The notes below the pieces were generated by a model. It was given only the letters and a program-made list of their open reading frames with translations. It was not told the origin of the DNA and did no database searches. 64,000 nt of DNA from Entomortierella parvispora E1425 (Eukaryota; Fungi; Mortierellomycota), in NCBI GenBank assembly GCA_020891255.1, contig BQFW01000001.1, positions 992,001 to 1,056,000 on the forward strand, in the 5' to 3' direction. How positions within the stretch are numbered: position 1 is the first letter of the stretch; each line of letters opens with the position of its first letter. A program made the position numbers and the translations under genes. Below are positions 58,130 through 64,000 of the stretch, one piece after another.

Positions 58130-59047
58130 ACCCTTTAAAACCTCAAAAACAACCGAGAAAGACCTGATCAGACTCTACTGAATTTTATTTGAGGGTAAAA
58201 GACATGTCTGCATTTTCCGACGTCAGCTCCTACTTACATGTAGTATCTGTAATTGTCGTAGAGGAGATCTTGATACCCAACCATGTCACATCAAAGGCGC
58301 GTCAAACTTGACTGATAGAAGGGTCTTGAGGGTCAGAGCATGTTGCTACTAGAAAAGTCCAGAGGAGGAGGAGGACTCGAAATTAAGGAGTCAAAAGCAG
58401 AAATTGAGTGTTGGGAAGCGCGCTGACTGCCCGCAGCAAGCTCCAAAGGCAGTGATTAACCAATGATACTCTAGCAGGACCCTGCTGCTGCAAAACCGGA
58501 TCGTTTGGCTTCAAACATGAACGAAGGAAAATGAGATAGTGAAAGACGGGGAGGACAAAGTGCCGGTTTGTTTCGTATGTCCTTGCTGTCTACGGTCCGC
58601 TTCCGACGGTTAAATGAAATTAATGAGGAGGGGGGTACAAAGGGTTCCACAGACCCATGGGCTCATTAGGAAACGCGCAGCCATGCAGGAGCTGGGTCGG
58701 AACATTGTCAGTTGTGGCAGTTTGGAGCGCTTATGCCATCACTACTGTACCTGCCTCCAAACCCCTGCAAACAATTAGTTGCTGGCTTTGTCAAACACAG
58801 TGGGCAATATCTGTGTAGTTCAATAATACGCTCAAGATGCTGAACGTGGTGTACATGTACCTTGCTTTCAAGGGATGGCCACGATCGAACAGCGGGGCCA
58901 GGGAAAGCAGTAACCATGTCTGCTCAGACATGCAAAGAATAGGGGCGCGCTAGTTTCAGCGCGCATACATTAGCCCCAGCACCGGTACCAACATTAGTGG
59001 CTGAAATCTACCTGGATTACGAGTGTCTGTTAAACGCCAATTCTCGG

Positions 59048-59056
59048 GTATAAAAG
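59048..59056 (+). promoter_or_regulatory. Putative TATA box of the secreted His1 gene
   Basis: TATAAAA ~270 bp upstream of ATG 59324, followed by a pyrimidine-rich leader. Confidence 0.5.
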
Positions 59057-59323
59057 CAGAGGCTCTCGGCACAATTCATCATCGTCAACAACTACTCGCC
59101 TCGTCCAATTACACTGCCTCTTGATATTCAACTCGGTCCTTCTCTCTTTTTCGCTTTCTCTCTCTCTTTTCTTCTTTCCTCATTTTCTTCACTCTTATCA
59201 AGTTCCCCTACAGCCACAGCTACACATTCTCCTTACCCACGGCTGCTTCGCTCCTGCCGCCCGCACTCTTTGCACTCCTCCCTCATCTTCGTTGTCATTC
59301 GTCTCTCTCGACACTTACTCTCC

Positions 59324-60476
59324 ATGTTCTTCCGTACAACTATCATTGCCTCCGCCACGTTGGCCCTGATTGCTTCCATGGCGGACGCTCATTCTTGGGC
59401 CGACTGCGTTGACTGGCGCTTCAATAACCCCAGCAAGCCAGGTATGCATCCAATATCCCTGGATTTGACCTACCCACTCTTTGGGGGGTGGATCCCTGGA
59501 CAAACTGCTCTGTGTGTCATTTTACCCGAAGTGTCTTTGGAAGAAGACCAGGAAATTTAAAAAAAAAAAAAAAAGAGCATCCCAAATTGGACGCCTGCCC
59601 AGAGCGGACTGTGTAACATTACCCCATCTTCATTTCATGGCTGCCCAACATATTCTTCCTTTTCCGAATGTCTGTGTCCAGGGAAGAGCCACGAGGTTGA
59701 GTGAAACCTGGCTTACTTTTTTCCGGCCCTTGTTCCTGCCCCTGCCCCTGCCCCTTTCTGGGACACTTGCATCTGTCTCCTCACTTGGAAGCGGTCTCAT
59801 ATTAGAAAGTCATCTAATAGTACTATAATTTTTCTTTGTAGATTATTCTGCAAAGGGTGGCAAGTGCTTCGGGTGGGCTCGTCAGTACCCTGTCAACTCT
59901 GGCATCGCATTTGGCGGCCTGGACGACGCTTCACCTAATCGCCACTACCAGCAAGGCAAAGACATGACTCCTTGCTCCGACGGTAAACATGGCGTTGAGC
60001 CTGGTGCAGACGAGACTCGACAGAGCCCCATCTCCAAAGCGTATGGTGGAAAGTGGGGTACCATGGCCACCGTCAAAGCTGGCGACCAGATGTGTATCCG
60101 CTGGCCAGCTAAAAACCACGCTGTCAAGGATGAAGTGGATCGCGGCGTCTTCATTAATATGCCTCAAACTATCTTGACTAAGGACCCCACCCAGTCTGGC
60201 TTCCTGAAGGCCAACATCGCCAAGCTTCCTTATAAGGGTTGCAACTTTACAAGTAATTCAGATACAACCCCTTGCGGTGGCTGCTTCACTGTCCCTGCCA
60301 GCCTTACCACAGGCACTTATGTGGTCCAATGGCGTTGGGAATTGAACCCAGGCGAGTTCTACACCTCCTGCTGGGACCTGGGCGTAACTGGCGCTGGCGG
60401 TGACAGTTCAACCACAGGCGGCAAAGCCATTGGAGGATCAACTTCAGTTTTTGCTGAGCTCGCAGAGGATGATTAA
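59324..60476 (+). CDS. Secreted 250-aa protein with His at the predicted mature N-terminus (LPMO-like). Exons 59324-59441 and 59842-60476
   Basis: Signal peptide MFFRTT...ADA/HSW. A GTATGC...TAG intron (400 nt) restores the frame. WPAKNH, QWRW and FYTSCWD motifs, 8 Cys. Confidence 0.85.
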
Positions 60477-60756
60477 GCATCGATTTTTCGTCTATTGTCA
60501 CTGTGCTATGTAAACTATCTATGCCTAAAAAAACTCCCCCACTCTCCTCCAAAATACCAAAATGGCTAGCGTTGATGTGGGCAGGCCCAACCACGATCCT
60601 ACCTCAAAAGTACCGGGTACACTCAATAAAAAATGACTTTATCAACGCCCAGATCCTGAACTCCAAATGACAGAAGGCGAGTGGGCAAACCAAACGGACA
60701 AATTTTGATTCTTTGTGCCAGCCCCCCAAAACCAGACAATTGTCATCAACACCATC

Positions 60757-62039
60757 ATGGCATCTAACCGCGATTCAGCCCTTGAACTTGAACAACGTCT
60801 CGCAAAACTAAAGGAAATAGGCATTGCTGCTACTCCCTCGAGGTAGGCGCGCATTTGAGGCTGGTGGGTACGTTTTCATTCCCTCATTTGACGTTTTCAT
60901 GATGCAACTAGCGACCATGACTTGGCCTTGCATTTCTCAAGAGTGTTTGGACATTCACCAGCTGCTACGCATCTGAGTCCACCCTTGGAGAGCCTTGGAG
61001 AGCAGACATTGGATAGCGGAAAGGTCAGCCAGAGCATTGGGACGCTCTATTTCGTTCCTGAGGATTCGAAGCAAGACGAGGTGAGTGATAACGCCAAGCC
61101 TCGTAAACACTGAATGTTGTTTACTTTGTCGGAGCACATCTAACAAAGAGGGCTGAGGTTCGTTCACGTAGATCGAGAAAATCCTTGCTGACTCGGAGGA
61201 TCTACTCATTGATGAGGAAGATCACGATCTGTCATTTCTGGATACGGCCAACACGGGCCTCACTCATGAGCAGACAAGGGAATTGAAGGATGCTTTCAAC
61301 ATGGAGGACAGCATATCCGCAAGAAAGACGGGCCAACAGGAGCTAGACCATGTCGCAAAAGAACTGGAGACGACACTTTCCAAATTTCTTCAGTCTCATC
61401 AATCCCCTCGGTTTACCGAATACACAGATAAAAGCGGGGCAACACCCCGACTAGAGTCGGGGATCGATTCTGCCTTTGGAGACCAGCTGGATAGATTAAC
61501 TGGCATCCCGTTGGTGTCGGGCACCAGTGCAGATTTCGGTGACCATGATGAAGCGTCAAACTTGATCACACGGATAAGGGAATCTGCAGCGTTGGAGGCT
61601 AAATACGGAACGAAGGAGGATGAGGAGGTGAAGTCTTTGTCAAGTCGTCATGACGAACTGAAGAAAGGAATTCAAGGCTTGTCTTCTGTACGAGAGGTCC
61701 AGGCTGCCAAAATGAAAACCCAAACCTCACTGGGTCCAGTCCCAACAGTGATCGATTTGAGTGAGCTGAGAACCGGTTCCGGCGACATTGATGAAAACCC
61801 AGACAGCTGGTGCTGTAAGTGATATCCATTTTTTCTGGAGACCCAACCTCGTTTTTAGAATACTAGAGCTTACAATGATTTGTTGTTGAGTAGGTATCTG
61901 CAATGAGGACGCAACTTGGACATGTCCCGGATGCGACAATGATCATTTCTGTCAAGATTGTTACCGAGAGAGTCACGTAGGTCCAGATGCAGACTGGGAG
62001 ATGAAGAGGCACCGCCCTCGACCCTTTGTGAAGAACTAG
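60757..62039 (+). CDS. ZFYVE19/ANCHR-like protein with a C-terminal Cys/His Zn finger. Exons ~60757-60842, 60912-61080, 61172-61814, 61894-62039
   Basis: Spliced C-terminus [31 protein letters not shown] resembles the ZFYVE19 C-terminus (recalled, not searched). GT-AG introns keep the frame. Confidence 0.72.
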
Positions 62040-62544
62040 AAGAGGCGGCGGAGGCGACGTGAGCAGTGAAATAAAGGCCTGTCCTGTGAGTTCAAGCCCA
62101 GCTCAGTAACCCAGTTAGCGGGACCCCAAATAGGGTCCTCACAGAGGTACCTCCAAGCGAGGGTGGAAGGGAGAGAAGGAGCACCAACACAAAGGACGAG
62201 TAGCATGAAGGAGGAGAGGCGTGCCAAAGTAGCCAAGGGCCAAACGACAAAAGGTAGAGGAGAAGACGGTTGAAGTGACAAACACCTCATGGCGTCGACG
62301 TGAAAACCTTGCACCTTTCTTCCTCTTGGACCTCTCTTTCCCCACCACACTTCACCTCCTCCCATCCACCAACGCACGTCCTTGTGTCACACTGGGCACC
62401 CGTGCGACATTAAGAGCTGCAGGCACCCGCAGGATATCGAGACCAACCCCACAGCGGACTCATCTGACATCTGGGTTTGACATTGCTGCCACCATTTAGC
62501 TTGGAATCACTCTTCATTCACACACCCTTGATTACCACTCGACC

Positions 62545-64000
62545 ATGGTTGCGCTTACTGGCGAGCTGGCGGAGACTGATAGTCTCTATTGCAACCCAAC
62601 AGAGGATGGAGGCTCGACTAAGGGGAGTGCTCGGTCTGTTAAGTCTGTTCAATCCAGTACTTCTTCAGTCAAATCAGGCTCGAACGTGTCTACAAAGACC
62701 AAATCGACCTCAAGGTCAAAGTCATCGACTACATCCTCGATCCCTAAAACAGCCGCTTGGAAGGCAGCAGTCGATCCCCTGGGCATGTCATCAAAAGCAG
62801 TCGGACCGGGTTTCATGCCCATGTTTAGCACCAGTCTTTATAGTCCTGGATTCCAGGTTGCTAGCTCCAATGGGGGTGGCCCCAAAGCATTTCAATCCAA
62901 GCAGCTAAGATTTGTAGAGAAAAAGAAGGCAACAGATGGGACAAAATCCTCGGCAGCTTCTACAAAATCAGGAAAGTCTGGCTTATCAACAAAATCTGGC
63001 CAGTCAGCAAAGTCGACCAAAACCATGAATTCTGAAAAATCGACGAAATCTGCGGATTCCTCAAGCACCAGCTCTTCCACGAAATCCAGTTTCTTTTCGG
63101 CCTTGAAAGAGACACTGCAAGGGCCCACACAACTTGAGCAGGACGACAACGCTGTTGAAGCTGGAGGAGATACCAAGTCGACTGTGAATGCCTCCGAGTC
63201 AATGTCTCCGGCAGGCACGGATCAAGCCACTGTCGAATCTGCATTCCCTTTAGCACCGACGTCAGTACCAGTGGCGAGAGCGGCCGTAGCTTCATCTGCC
63301 CGGCCAATTGCCAAAGAGTTAGTGCCTCCTATAAGCACTGAAAGTATAACTGGAGCGAGGAAACCGTCTTGGACACCGCCGCCATCAATAGTGCCATCCT
63401 CCCGAGACCCTAAATCTCTCACCAGTTCTGCCAAGGAGTTATTCAGGAAGCGGATAGTCACCTGGGAATACCTGAGTCGAGTTTTTAATGGGCATTTGGC
63501 CTATTACAACACCATCGTGCTGTCGGAGGCTGACCTGCGGAAACACTTTTCACCCGAAGTTGTTCTGAGAAGAACACTGCCTTTATTTTTGCTGGGCAAT
63601 TCAATCGCACAGCTACTGGATATCCCACACATACCCGACTTCATGAAGGCTTTCTCCGTAGTCCTCGGTGAATTCGAACACTTTGTAGCGTCGTCTGGGT
63701 CAAGGTCTAAAATGGTACATATGCAACCTTCACAACGGTATATTGTGCAACTAGCTTGCTAACCACATGTCTTTGACACGCAACTAGAATTTTTTTGGAC
63801 GCAGAGTTTCAGACGGCAGATCTTTTGAAGAGTCGGGAGAGTATACATACCTTGAGGTCAAATCAGTGGTATGAAATTAGGTCTAATTCTACAACGTTAT
63901 ATGCTACCATGCTTCAGAACACTAACCAGGCTGTGTTTATTTTGCCAAATTTACACTGAAGCCGTTCGATATGGACTATACCATCGTTTTCACAACATTA
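62545..64000 (+). CDS. Conserved fungal hypothetical protein with a Ser/Lys-rich N-terminus; multi-exon, runs off the window end
   Basis: FRKRIVTWEYL...YYNT...LFLLGNSI...EF, then GEYTYL and PFDMDY in later exons. Resembles a widespread uncharacterised fungal family (recalled). Confidence 0.75.

Noticed and set aside
58130-59040. Small ORFs between the HMG gene and the His1 gene
   Set aside because: Short, no motifs; treated as intergenic or promoter sequence.

Overview
Eukaryotic, almost certainly fungal, genomic DNA. Gene content and intron style suggest an early-diverging fungus such as Mortierellaceae (inference). Bases 1 to ~51,340 form a gene-free, deeply nested transposon cluster that I resolved from LTR termini and target-site duplications (TSDs). 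Family letters are my own labels. It contains at least five full or near-full Ty3/Gypsy LTR retrotransposons (A2, E, G, A4, I), a fragmented host copy A3, truncated copies (A1, A', B, F, J), solo LTRs of several families (B, C, D, H, K) and one Tc1 (DD34E) transposon with an intact ORF. Bases ~51,770-64,000 hold five host genes: a Fungal_trans transcription factor, a MATA-type HMG-box protein, a secreted His1 protein that looks like an unclassified LPMO-like copper protein, a ZFYVE19/ANCHR-like Zn-finger protein and a conserved fungal hypothetical protein. Main leads: (1) the chromodomain-less E/C/D LTR family makes 4-bp TSDs centred on CpG at all 10 readable junctions and has unusual 12-13 nt spacers between its LTRs and its PBS/PPT; (2) the LPMO-like gene; (3) apparent repeated insertion of unrelated LTR elements at the same base of the Tc1 end; (4) two chromoviruses with an oligo-T tract where a tRNA PBS should be. 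Most frameshifts in the elements lie in homopolymers and may be sequencing errors.
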